Shown piece by piece: positions 37,081 to 45,425 of a stretch of 64,000 nt of DNA. Origin of the DNA: Dehalococcoidia bacterium (lineage in GTDB: Bacteria > Chloroflexota > Dehalococcoidia > Plut-88900); NCBI GenBank assembly GCA_965197645.1, contig OZ240219.1, positions 1,056,001 through 1,120,000 of the forward strand, in the 5' to 3' direction. A program made the translations under genes and the position numbers. The notes under the pieces are model-generated. The model was not told where the DNA came from and did not search any database. It was given only the letters and a program-made list of their open reading frames with translations. The stretch's first letter is position 1. Each line of letters begins with the position of its first letter.

Positions 37081-38595
37081 ATGGGCTTGAGACGTCCTAC
37101 CGCAGACGACTTGCTGGAGGCCGCCGCACTGAACAATCTGGACCCGACGGACGAAGAGATAGAGGCGTACCTGTCCATGGTCCCCGAGCTCTTCGAAGCG
37201 TTTGATACGGTGGACCAGATGCCCATCGAAGAGCCCATCGTGAGTGGAGCTGTACGGGACCCGGGCATCCGACCGGCAACCGAGGAGGACCCTCTCAACG
37301 CGATAGTGCGCCGTTGCAGGGTGAAAGGGCCGTCCTCCGGGAAGCTGGACGGTGTACGGGTTGGCCTGAAGGACAGCGTTTCCGTGGCCGGAGTGCCGAT
37401 GACACTGGGATCTCGGGTGATATCCGGCTACGTCTCCGACGTCGATGCTACGGTGACCCGGAGACTGCTGGACGAAGGGGCCGAGATAGTTGCGATGCTC
37501 AACATGGACGACTTCGCCTGGTCGGGGAGTGGAGGCACCAGCGCATACGGCCCGACGTTCAATCCTCACAGCTCGGAACACCTGGCAGGGGGCTCGTCGG
37601 CCGGCTCGGGAGCGGCCCTGTACTACGACGACATCGACATGACGCTGGGCGGCGACCAGGGAGGCTCGATCCGCATCCCGGCGTCCTGGTGCGGGGTGGT
37701 GGGTTTGAAACCGACCTTCGGACTGGTGCCCTACACCGGTATCGTCGGGGGCGGCCTTACCATCGATCACATCGGGCCGATGGCACGCACCACCCAGCAG
37801 GTGGCCCTGATGCTCGATGTCATTGCCGGGGAGGATGGTATGGACCCGCGGCAGAACGGGGTCCGTACCCAGGACTACTCCGGCGCCCTGGACGGCGACG
37901 TAAAGGGGTTCAAGATCGGCGTGGTGAAGGAGGGGTTCGGGCTCGAAGTCTCGGAGGCAGCGGTGGACTCATCGGTCAGGAGCGCCCTGGATAGATTTGC
38001 CGGCTTGGGCGCCGAGGTCGAGGAGGTCTCGGTCCCGGCGCACTCCACGGCCATGTCCATCTATAGCGCGGCTATGACGGAAGATTCAGCAGCTTTGTTT
38101 CGGGCCCAGGGCTTCGGCTATGGGTGGAGCGGCTACTACCAGACAGGCCTCCGGGAGACGCTGGGCAGGGCCTTCAAGGCGCAGGCCAACGACCTTCCCA
38201 GGGTGCTGCAGTGGACGATGCTGGTGGGTACGTACCTGAGTGAACACTACTCGGGCAGACTCCACGCCAAGGGGCAGAACCTTCGGCCCGTCCTCAGAGC
38301 CGGCTACGATGCGGCGTTGGAGCGTTACGACGCACTGGCGATGCCCACGGTGCCGATGAGGGCGGTCAGGCACGATCCGGCCGACGACTGGAAGGCGTTG
38401 ATGGACTGCATCGCCGGGCAGAGTGACAACTGTGGGCCCTTCAACATCACGGGCCACCCGGGCCTCTCGATACCGTGCGGCAAACCGGACGGCCTGCCCG
38501 TCGGGCTGATGCTCATCGGTCGGCACTTCGACGACGCTACGTTGCTCAAGGCGGGCCACGCCTTCGAGCAGAACGTGGACTGGGAGACGCTCTAG
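37081..38595 (+). CDS. Amidase signature family protein
   Basis: GLKD, GGSSAGSG, GGDQGGSIRIPASWCGVVGLKPT (Ser-cisSer-Lys triad). Confidence 0.93.
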   Translation: MGLRRPTADDLLEAAALNNLDPTDEEIEAYLSMVPELFEAFDTVDQMPIEEPIVSGAVRDPGIRPATEEDPLNAIVRRCRVKGPSSGKLDGVRVGLKDSVSVAGVPMTLGSRVISGYVSDVDATVTRRLLDEGAEIVAMLNMDDFAWSGSGGTSAYGPTFNPHSSEHLAGGSSAGSGAALYYDDIDMTLGGDQGGSIRIPASWCGVVGLKPTFGLVPYTGIVGGGLTIDHIGPMARTTQQVALMLDVIAGEDGMDPRQNGVRTQDYSGALDGDVKGFKIGVVKEGFGLEVSEAAVDSSVRSALDRFAGLGAEVEEVSVPAHSTAMSIYSAAMTEDSAALFRAQGFGYGWSGYYQTGLRETLGRAFKAQANDLPRVLQWTMLVGTYLSEHYSGRLHAKGQNLRPVLRAGYDAALERYDALAMPTVPMRAVRHDPADDWKALMDCIAGQSDNCGPFNITGHPGLSIPCGKPDGLPVGLMLIGRHFDDATLLKAGHAFEQNVDWETL

Positions 38596-38599
38596 GGAC

Positions 38600-39802
38600 T
38601 TATCCCAGAACGCCCTCCTCCTCGAACACCTGGGCCAGGAGGGCCACCCCCTCCCGGATGGCCTGCTCGTCCATGTGGGCGAAGCAGAGCCGGAGGTAGT
38701 TCAGACCCCCGCCGTCGGGAGAGAAGGCCGCGCCGGGGGAGTAGCGGACGTCCCGCGCCTTGGCCTTGGGCCACAGTTCCACGGTGTTGACGCCCTCGGG
38801 GAACCTGATCCAGATGTACATGCCCCCGTTGGGCTTCGACGGCTGTACCACCGATCCGAAATGTTCGCCGAGGGCCGCCAGCATCACGTCCCTTCTCGAT
38901 CGGTACAGGTCGATAACCTCGGCGACGTGCTCGTTCCGGTGCTCCCGTAGATAGTAGAGGGTGGCCAGGATGGAGAACTGGCTGGGGGTGGCCCCCAGGT
39001 GGATCGTGTTGACCCTCTTGGCCACGTCCTCAGGAGCGACCAGCCAGCCGAGCCTCATTCCCGGCCCCACTATCTTGGAGGAGGTGCCGCAGTAGAGGAC
39101 AGAGCCCGTATCGTCAAGAGAGTGGATCGCGGGCTGGTACTCGCCATCGTAACGAAGGTCAACGTAGGCGTCGTCCTCGAAGATGGGGATGCCGTGCTCT
39201 TGAGCAATGGCCACTATCTGCTTTCTTCGCTCCAGCCCCATGTCCGAACCCAAAGGGTTGGAGAAGGTGGGCACAGTGTAGATGAACTTGATCTTCGAGC
39301 CCTTAGACTGTTGTTCCCGGATGGCCTGCTCCAGGGAGTGGGCCCTCATGCCCTGTTCGTCGGTGGCGACGCCTATCGGGTTGGCCTGGAAACGGTGCAT
39401 GACCTTGAGGGTGCCCATGTAGATGAACTCGTCGGTGAGGAGAACGTCGCCGGGATCTACGAAAAGCTCGGTGAAGAGCACCAGGGCCTGGGACGAGCCG
39501 GCAGTCAGCACTATCTGGTCCGGATTGACCTTCATGCTCCGATTCGCCGCCAGGTTTTCAACCAGGAGGTCCCGCATGGCGGGGTGGCCCTGGGGGTGGG
39601 GATAGAACGCCAGCTGGTTGCCCTCCTCCTCCAGGGCCGTGTTGAGGGCCTGATGCAGGCCGGCGGAGGGGAAGGCTTCCGGGTCCGCGTTGCCGACAGC
39701 GAAGTCGTACTTGTAATGCTCGGTAAGTGGGTTGGGAGCGGTGGGGTGAGGTGGAATGGTGCGGGCGTACAAACTCTCGTAGTCGATGGGACTGGGTGGC
39801 AT
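38600..39802 (-). CDS. PLP-dependent aminotransferase class I/II (LysN/MocR-like)
   Basis: YTVPTFSNPLG, FEDDAY, GTSSKIVGPGMRLGW, GGMYIW, LRLCF; AGGAGAGG RBS. Confidence 0.92.
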   Translation of the reverse strand: MPPSPIDYESLYARTIPPHPTAPNPLTEHYKYDFAVGNADPEAFPSAGLHQALNTALEEEGNQLAFYPHPQGHPAMRDLLVENLAANRSMKVNPDQIVLTAGSSQALVLFTELFVDPGDVLLTDEFIYMGTLKVMHRFQANPIGVATDEQGMRAHSLEQAIREQQSKGSKIKFIYTVPTFSNPLGSDMGLERRKQIVAIAQEHGIPIFEDDAYVDLRYDGEYQPAIHSLDDTGSVLYCGTSSKIVGPGMRLGWLVAPEDVAKRVNTIHLGATPSQFSILATLYYLREHRNEHVAEVIDLYRSRRDVMLAALGEHFGSVVQPSKPNGGMYIWIRFPEGVNTVELWPKAKARDVRYSPGAAFSPDGGGLNYLRLCFAHMDEQAIREGVALLAQVFEEEGVLG

Positions 39803-39879
39803 CCTCTCCTCCTGGACAGCTTTGCCGGAATATAGCACCTCCGTTGGTCTGGGGCAACGGAGGGGTTATACTTGGACGC

Positions 39880-40392
39880 ATGCAGTCAGGTGACGAGACC
39901 GTGAAGCTACTGGTTTTCTCCGATACCCACGTTCGGGAGATAGAAAAGCTGCATCCGGTGATAAAGGAGTCCTTCGATGAAGCGGACTGGGTGGCGCACT
40001 GCGGCGACTTTACAGGCGTCCGGCTCCTGGAGGGGCTCATCGAGCGGTTTCCCCGGTTCGTCGGGGTCCACGGTAACTCGGACCCCGACCCGGTCCGCGC
40101 TATCGTCCCGGCCGATAACTCCTTCACCATAGGTAGGTGGAGCATCGGCATGACCCACCCCTGGTGGGGCATGGAGCCCGACGGTATCGAGGAGAAGCTG
40201 TACCAGGACATGGGACACCACGATATCATCCTCTTCGGGCACATCCACGAACGGGTTGAGCGGCGGGTCAACGGCACCCTGATCGTTAACCCAGGCCCCG
40301 GCTATCCTGAGTTCATGACCCCCGGCTCATGCGCCCTGCTCACCCTTTCGCCGGACTCGGTGGACGTGGAGTTCCGCATCTTCGATCGCTAG
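39880..40392 (+). CDS. YfcE-family metallophosphoesterase
   Basis: SDTH, HCGD, HGNSD, THP, FGHIH, NPG; start 39880 or 39901. Confidence 0.88.
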   Translation: MQSGDETVKLLVFSDTHVREIEKLHPVIKESFDEADWVAHCGDFTGVRLLEGLIERFPRFVGVHGNSDPDPVRAIVPADNSFTIGRWSIGMTHPWWGMEPDGIEEKLYQDMGHHDIILFGHIHERVERRVNGTLIVNPGPGYPEFMTPGSCALLTLSPDSVDVEFRIFDR

Positions 40393-40443
40393 TCCTTGGC
40401 GTGTCCCCGGAGCATACGTCTCCCGATGGAAGCGGACATTGTC

Positions 40444-40472
40444 TTGCTGAGCGTACTCAACAAAGCTATAAT
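40444..40472 (+). promoter_or_regulatory. Sigma70-like promoter of the N-methylglutamate pathway cluster
   Basis: TTGCTG-N17-TATAAT. Confidence 0.65.
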
Positions 40473-40549
40473 GTCGGCTGTTTGGCACGCACCGCGGCCC
40501 GCTTCCACAGGGTCGTGAACGCCTTTAGCAAAGCTTGGAGAGCTCTGAA

Positions 40550-41464
40550 ATGTGCGGTATAGGCGGAATAATGTACAAGGAGTCGGGAGCGGGGAGTCTG
40601 GCGCCCATCGGTGCGGAGCTGGTAAGGATGCTGGAGGCGATGAAGCACCGAGGCCTGGACTCTAGCGGAGTGACCATAGCCGGTGAGGTCTGCGACGAAG
40701 ACCTGCTGGTGCGAATCTGGGCCGACCCGCATGGCGACTACCAGGACCGGCTGCTGCGGGTGGAGGAGACCATAGTCAGGCAGGGCGGCGTTGTTAGCTC
40801 CAAGGACTCGCTGGACGAGTATCTCCGCCTGGGCGTCAACTTCGAGGGAGAGCTGCCGGATCTGGCTGAAGCCCTGATAAAAATCGATGGGATCGAGATT
40901 CACAGCATGGGCGAATCGTCCGAGGTGATCAAGGACGTGGGCAGCGGAGTGGAGATGGACGAAAAGCACCGGATCTCCAACCTGAAGGGCACCCACGGCA
41001 TCGGCCACGTACGCATGGCCACCGAAAGCCGGGTGGATATAACCCACGCCCACCCGTTCTGGGCCTACCCGTTCCCCGATGTAACGGTGGTCCACAACGG
41101 ACAGCTCACCAACTATCACAGTCTCAAGCGCTCCTATGAGAGCAGGGGGCACCGGTTCCAAACGGGAAACGATTCGGAGCTCATAGCCGTGTATCTTGCC
41201 GATAGACTGGCCCGAGGATCATCGTTGGAGGGAGCTCTGGAGAACTCGCTGGAGGACCTGGATGGCACCTTCACGTACCTGGTATCCACCAAGGAGGGGA
41301 TCGGGGTAGCGAAGGACCAGTGGGCGGCCAAACCCCTGGTGCTGATGGAAGGCAAGAGCGTAGTTGCGCTGGCCTCTGAAGAAGTGGCGTTGCGCAGCGT
41401 GTTCCCCGAGGAGATCGAGCGTGTCGAGCCCCAGGAAAAAGAGGTCATGACTTGGCTGATCTAG
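40550..41464 (+). CDS. mgsA: N-methylglutamate synthase subunit A (class II glutamine amidotransferase, GlxB)
   Basis: N-terminal MCGIGG, HRGLDS, GHVRMATES, AHPF, VHNGQLTN, NDSE; cluster context. Confidence 0.85.
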   Translation: MCGIGGIMYKESGAGSLAPIGAELVRMLEAMKHRGLDSSGVTIAGEVCDEDLLVRIWADPHGDYQDRLLRVEETIVRQGGVVSSKDSLDEYLRLGVNFEGELPDLAEALIKIDGIEIHSMGESSEVIKDVGSGVEMDEKHRISNLKGTHGIGHVRMATESRVDITHAHPFWAYPFPDVTVVHNGQLTNYHSLKRSYESRGHRFQTGNDSELIAVYLADRLARGSSLEGALENSLEDLDGTFTYLVSTKEGIGVAKDQWAAKPLVLMEGKSVVALASEEVALRSVFPEEIERVEPQEKEVMTWLI

Positions 41465-42135
41465 ACGCCGGCGGCATGACCACCAGGGAGATCAACCTGG
41501 CGATCAAGGAGCTGTCGTCTCGTGGGGAGAGTATACGGATACTCAACCCCCAAGCCAGGCACAACCTGGCTGTCGGGCTGCTGAAGCACTGCAAAATCAC
41601 CTTCGAGGGGAGCGTCGGGTACTTCTGCTCCAGCCTTATGGACGGACCCGAGGTGACCATTAACGGCAACGCCGGATGGGCGCTGGGCGATAACCTTATG
41701 AGCGGCAAGATAGTGCTGACCAGGAACGCGGGCGCATCGGCGGCATCAACGATCAGGGGCGGGGAGGTGTTTGTGGGGGGTAACGCCGGCGCCAGGGCGG
41801 GCATCTCGATGAAAGGCGGCACGCTGGTTGTCGGCGGCAACGCCGGGTTTCTCACCGGCTTTATGATGCAAAAGGGCAAGATCATCGTCTGCGGCGACGT
41901 GGGGGACGGGGTCGGGGACTCGATGTATGAAGGGACTATCTACGTCGGGGGGAAGGTCGGCTCACTGGGAAGCGATGCGAAGCAGGCAGACCCTACCGAA
42001 GACGAGTTGGCGGCGGTGTGGAAGACCCTGGAAGGATACGGGATTACGGATAGATACGCCTTCAAGAAGATAGTTTCCTCGAAGAGGTTGTACCACTTCG
42101 ATAGCCTGGAGCGAGGGGAGAAGCGGGTTATCTAG
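41452..42135 (+). CDS. mgsB: N-methylglutamate synthase subunit B (GXGXG domain, GlxC)
   Basis: HNLAVG, GSVGYF, repeated GNAG, GISMKGG, GDSMYEG. Confidence 0.87.
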   Translation: MADLDAGGMTTREINLAIKELSSRGESIRILNPQARHNLAVGLLKHCKITFEGSVGYFCSSLMDGPEVTINGNAGWALGDNLMSGKIVLTRNAGASAASTIRGGEVFVGGNAGARAGISMKGGTLVVGGNAGFLTGFMMQKGKIIVCGDVGDGVGDSMYEGTIYVGGKVGSLGSDAKQADPTEDELAAVWKTLEGYGITDRYAFKKIVSSKRLYHFDSLERGEKRVI

Positions 42136-42379
42136 TCGGACTTGTTGACATCTCAGGACCCAGCACCCTATAGGTCGGAGAGTTCCTTCCCCTGACGGCA
42201 ATTCCAGGTCCGGCTATATAATCTACTCGAACGTCAGTGCTTCCCTTTCCAACTGCGGGAGCTATGGGGGAGACGCCAAAGCTGCCAGACCAACTGAAGG
42301 TGGGCGGTTGAGACCGAGACATCGGTCCTTTCGAGAAAAGCGCAAGTAAACAAAGCTCGACCATAGAAGGACCAAGCAG

Positions 42380-43684
42380 ATGACGATGGACAGGAGCCAG
42401 ATCTTCCCGCCCTGGGTCATGGACGACATCCACTCCAAGGCCGAGCTGGGCAGGTACCGCATACGGGGGTTCAGCACCTTTCAGCGGGCCACTCACTTCG
42501 ACGATCTCACCTTCCTTTCCACCGGGCTGACCCGGTTCCCCCTGGAGGGCTACAAGGAACGGTGCAACACGAAGACGGTCATCGGCAAGCGGAACGCCGA
42601 GAATCCCCTGGAGCTGGACACTCCCGTGTACATCACGGGTATGAGCTACGGCGCCCTATCCAAGAGCGCCAAGGTAGCCCTGGGCAAGGCGGCCACCATG
42701 GCGGGCACTGCCACGTGCACCGGAGACGGCGGCATGCTTCCCGAAGAGCGGGAGGCGTCGGAGAAGCTGATCTACCAGATACTGCCCAGTCGCTACGGGG
42801 TGAACCCGCATCACGTCGCAATGGCCGATGCGATAGAGATATGCGTTGGGCAGGGAGCGAAGCCGGGCACGGGCGGGCTGCTGATGGGCGTCAAGGTGCT
42901 GGACCATATCGCCGACATGAGGGACCTGCCTTCGGGCATCGATCAGCGAAGCCCCACTCGGCACCCTGATTGGCTGGGTCCCGACGACCTGGGGATGAAG
43001 ATCGAGCAGTTGCGGGAGGCCACCGATTGGCGGGTCCCCGTCCACGTCAAGCTGGGGGCCTGCCGGGTGAAGGACGACGTCAAGCTGGCCGCCAAGGCCG
43101 GTGCAGACGCCATCGTTATCGATAGTATGCTGGCAGGCACAGGTGCATCCGCCGAGATCCTGCTGGACCACAGCGGAATCCCAACAGTTCCAGCCATAGT
43201 CCTTGCCCGGGAAGCGCTGAGGGAGCTGGGAATGTATGGCGAAGTCAGCCTGATAGCCTCCGGTGGGATCAGGGGCGGCGCGGATGCCGCCAAAGCCCTG
43301 GCCCTGGGCGCCGATGCGGTCGCTATAGGCATCTCGGCCCTGCTGGCGCTCAACTGCAACAAGGATATACCGGAGGCCGATTTCAAGAAGGAGATCGGGG
43401 TCGAGGCGGGAATGTGCCATCACTGCCAGACGGGGCTTTGCCCGGTAGGAATCGCTACCCAGGACCCGGAGCTGGAGAGCCGGCTGGACCCGGACGAGGG
43501 TGCACAGCGGGTGGCCAACTTCCTCAACTCCATGACGATGGAGATGGCGCTGCTCACCCGCTCGATGGGCAAGAGCGACCTCCATAGCCTGGAGCCGGAG
43601 GACATGGCGGCCTTGACCATCGAGGCCTCGGCCATGGCCCGGATTCCCCTCGTTGGCACCGATAAGGTGTTCGGTTGGGGATAG
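42380..43684 (+). CDS. mgsC: N-methylglutamate synthase subunit C (FMN-binding glutamate synthase family, GlxD)
   Basis: GMSYGALS, TGDGGM, GQGAKPGTGG, RHPDWLGPDDL, SGGIRGG, CHHCQTGLCPVGIATQ. Confidence 0.88.
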   Translation: MTMDRSQIFPPWVMDDIHSKAELGRYRIRGFSTFQRATHFDDLTFLSTGLTRFPLEGYKERCNTKTVIGKRNAENPLELDTPVYITGMSYGALSKSAKVALGKAATMAGTATCTGDGGMLPEEREASEKLIYQILPSRYGVNPHHVAMADAIEICVGQGAKPGTGGLLMGVKVLDHIADMRDLPSGIDQRSPTRHPDWLGPDDLGMKIEQLREATDWRVPVHVKLGACRVKDDVKLAAKAGADAIVIDSMLAGTGASAEILLDHSGIPTVPAIVLAREALRELGMYGEVSLIASGGIRGGADAAKALALGADAVAIGISALLALNCNKDIPEADFKKEIGVEAGMCHHCQTGLCPVGIATQDPELESRLDPDEGAQRVANFLNSMTMEMALLTRSMGKSDLHSLEPEDMAALTIEASAMARIPLVGTDKVFGWG

Positions 43685-43735
43685 GCCCCGGACGATCTCG
43701 ATCTAGCTAGTAAGCGTCAAGGAGGGCTCACCACA

Positions 43736-45094
43736 ATGGCGACCAGAGAAGAGGTCCGCTCAACGATGCGGGAGGACGGGATCGAGTACCTGCTGACCCA
43801 GTTCGTGGACATGAACGGGTCGCCCAAGGTCAAGCTGGTGCCCGTCGCTCATTTCGACGACGTTATAGACGATGGCGCCGGGTTCGCCGGGGGAGCCCTC
43901 TACGGGATGGGCCAGGGACCCCACGCCCACGACATGGCGGCCCGGATAGACATCGATACCTACACCCCGTTGTTCTGGCAGCCCAACACGGCCCGGTTCG
44001 CCAGTGATTTGTACGTCGATGGAGAGCCCCACCCCTACTGCCCTAGGCAGCACCTGAAGAAGGTGTTGGACGAGGCCAGGGAAGAGGGCTACGCGCTCAA
44101 CGTAGGGATCGAACCAGAGCATTTCCTGGTGACCCGCAAAGAGGATGGCTCCATCGAGGTATGGGACCCGGACAAGGTGGATACCCTGGACAAGGCCTGC
44201 TACGACTTCAAGGGAATCCAGGGAGTGTTGCCATATCTACAAGAGATCAGCAAAGGGCTGAACAAGCTGGGCTGGGACGTGTACCAGTCGGACCACGAGG
44301 ATGCCAACGGCCAGTATGAGATCAATTTCCACTATACCGACGCTCTGACCACCGCCGACAGATACACCTTCTTCAAGATGATGACCAGCCAGGTGGCTAA
44401 GAAGCATGGCGCCATAGCGACCCACATGCCCAAGCCTTTCTCGGACCGCACCGGCAGCGCCGCTCACATCCACTTCCACGTCGCCAACCCTGAGAGCGGG
44501 GAAAATCTGTTCCTGGACGAGGGGGACGAACAGGGCCTGGGGCTATCGTCGACGGCCTATCATTTCATCGGGGGGATCCTGCACCACGCCCGGGCCCTGT
44601 GCGCCATCACGTCACCCACTGTAAACTGCTACAAGCGGCTTCAGGTGGGAAGAGCGCTGATGGGCTCCCGCTCGGGTTTCCTGTGGACGCCGGCGTTCGT
44701 TTCCTACGGCGATAACAACCGCACCCAGATGATCCGTACCGCCGGGCCGGGCCACCTGGAGGACAGGACGGTATCCGCCGGATGCAACCCGTACCTGGCC
44801 TTCGCCGCCTACATAGCGGCCGGCCTGGACGGGGTAAGACGAAATCTGGACCCGGGCGAACCCAATCTGGGCAACATGTACTCGCTTTCTCTTGCGGAGA
44901 TAGAAGACAAGGGGATCAGCCTGCTGCCCCAGAGCCTGTACGAGTCCCTCGAAGAACTGAAACAGGATACGGTTATGCAGGAGGCGTTGGGGCCGATCTA
45001 CGACGAATTCATCGAGGTCAAAGAGCAGGAGTGGCGGGATTATCACCGGCATGTGACTCAATGGGAGCTCGATCGGTACCTGACCCTGTTCTAG
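43736..45094 (+). CDS. gmaS: Gamma-glutamylmethylamide synthetase (GlnT-type glutamate-amine ligase)
   Basis: GAGFAG, GIEPEHF, YQSDHEDANGQYEIN, MPKPFSDRTG, NCYKRL, NNRTQMIR; directly after mgsABC. Confidence 0.85.
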   Translation: MATREEVRSTMREDGIEYLLTQFVDMNGSPKVKLVPVAHFDDVIDDGAGFAGGALYGMGQGPHAHDMAARIDIDTYTPLFWQPNTARFASDLYVDGEPHPYCPRQHLKKVLDEAREEGYALNVGIEPEHFLVTRKEDGSIEVWDPDKVDTLDKACYDFKGIQGVLPYLQEISKGLNKLGWDVYQSDHEDANGQYEINFHYTDALTTADRYTFFKMMTSQVAKKHGAIATHMPKPFSDRTGSAAHIHFHVANPESGENLFLDEGDEQGLGLSSTAYHFIGGILHHARALCAITSPTVNCYKRLQVGRALMGSRSGFLWTPAFVSYGDNNRTQMIRTAGPGHLEDRTVSAGCNPYLAFAAYIAAGLDGVRRNLDPGEPNLGNMYSLSLAEIEDKGISLLPQSLYESLEELKQDTVMQEALGPIYDEFIEVKEQEWRDYHRHVTQWELDRYLTLF

Positions 45095-45128
45095 GTGAAG
45101 GTGAGCGCCGACTAAAAGGAACACAGCT

Positions 45129-45425
45129 TTGGCCTTCCTGCTGAAATGTCCCGGCTGCGGCGAGCGGGGCTCCTACGATTTCCGGTTCGGGGGCGAACTG
45201 ACCTCCCGGCCTTCGCCCGACGACTCCCCCTACGTTTGGACCCGGTATCACTACTATAAGAAGAACGAGGCTGGGCTCCAGCGAGAGTGGTGGTACCACA
45301 AGTTCGGGTGTCGTCGCTGGTTCCAAGCAGAGCGCGACACCCTGAACAATCGGATAGAACGGACCTTCTGGCCCGAGGCGGCGGTAGGTCAAGCGCAGGA
45401 ACAGGCCGGCAGCGCCAGTGGCTGA
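45129..45425 (+). CDS. soxD: Sarcosine oxidase delta-like subunit (N-methylglutamate dehydrogenase)
   Basis: CPGCGER, FRFGGE, EWWYHKFGCRRWF, RDT zinc-binding pattern. Confidence 0.9.
   Translation: MAFLLKCPGCGERGSYDFRFGGELTSRPSPDDSPYVWTRYHYYKKNEAGLQREWWYHKFGCRRWFQAERDTLNNRIERTFWPEAAVGQAQEQAGSASG

Noticed and set aside
40550-45094. Ordinary glutamate synthase plus glutamine synthetase (GS/GOGAT)
   Set aside because: The three-piece Glx layout, GlnT-type motifs and linkage to sarcosine-oxidase-like subunits fit the N-methylglutamate pathway better.
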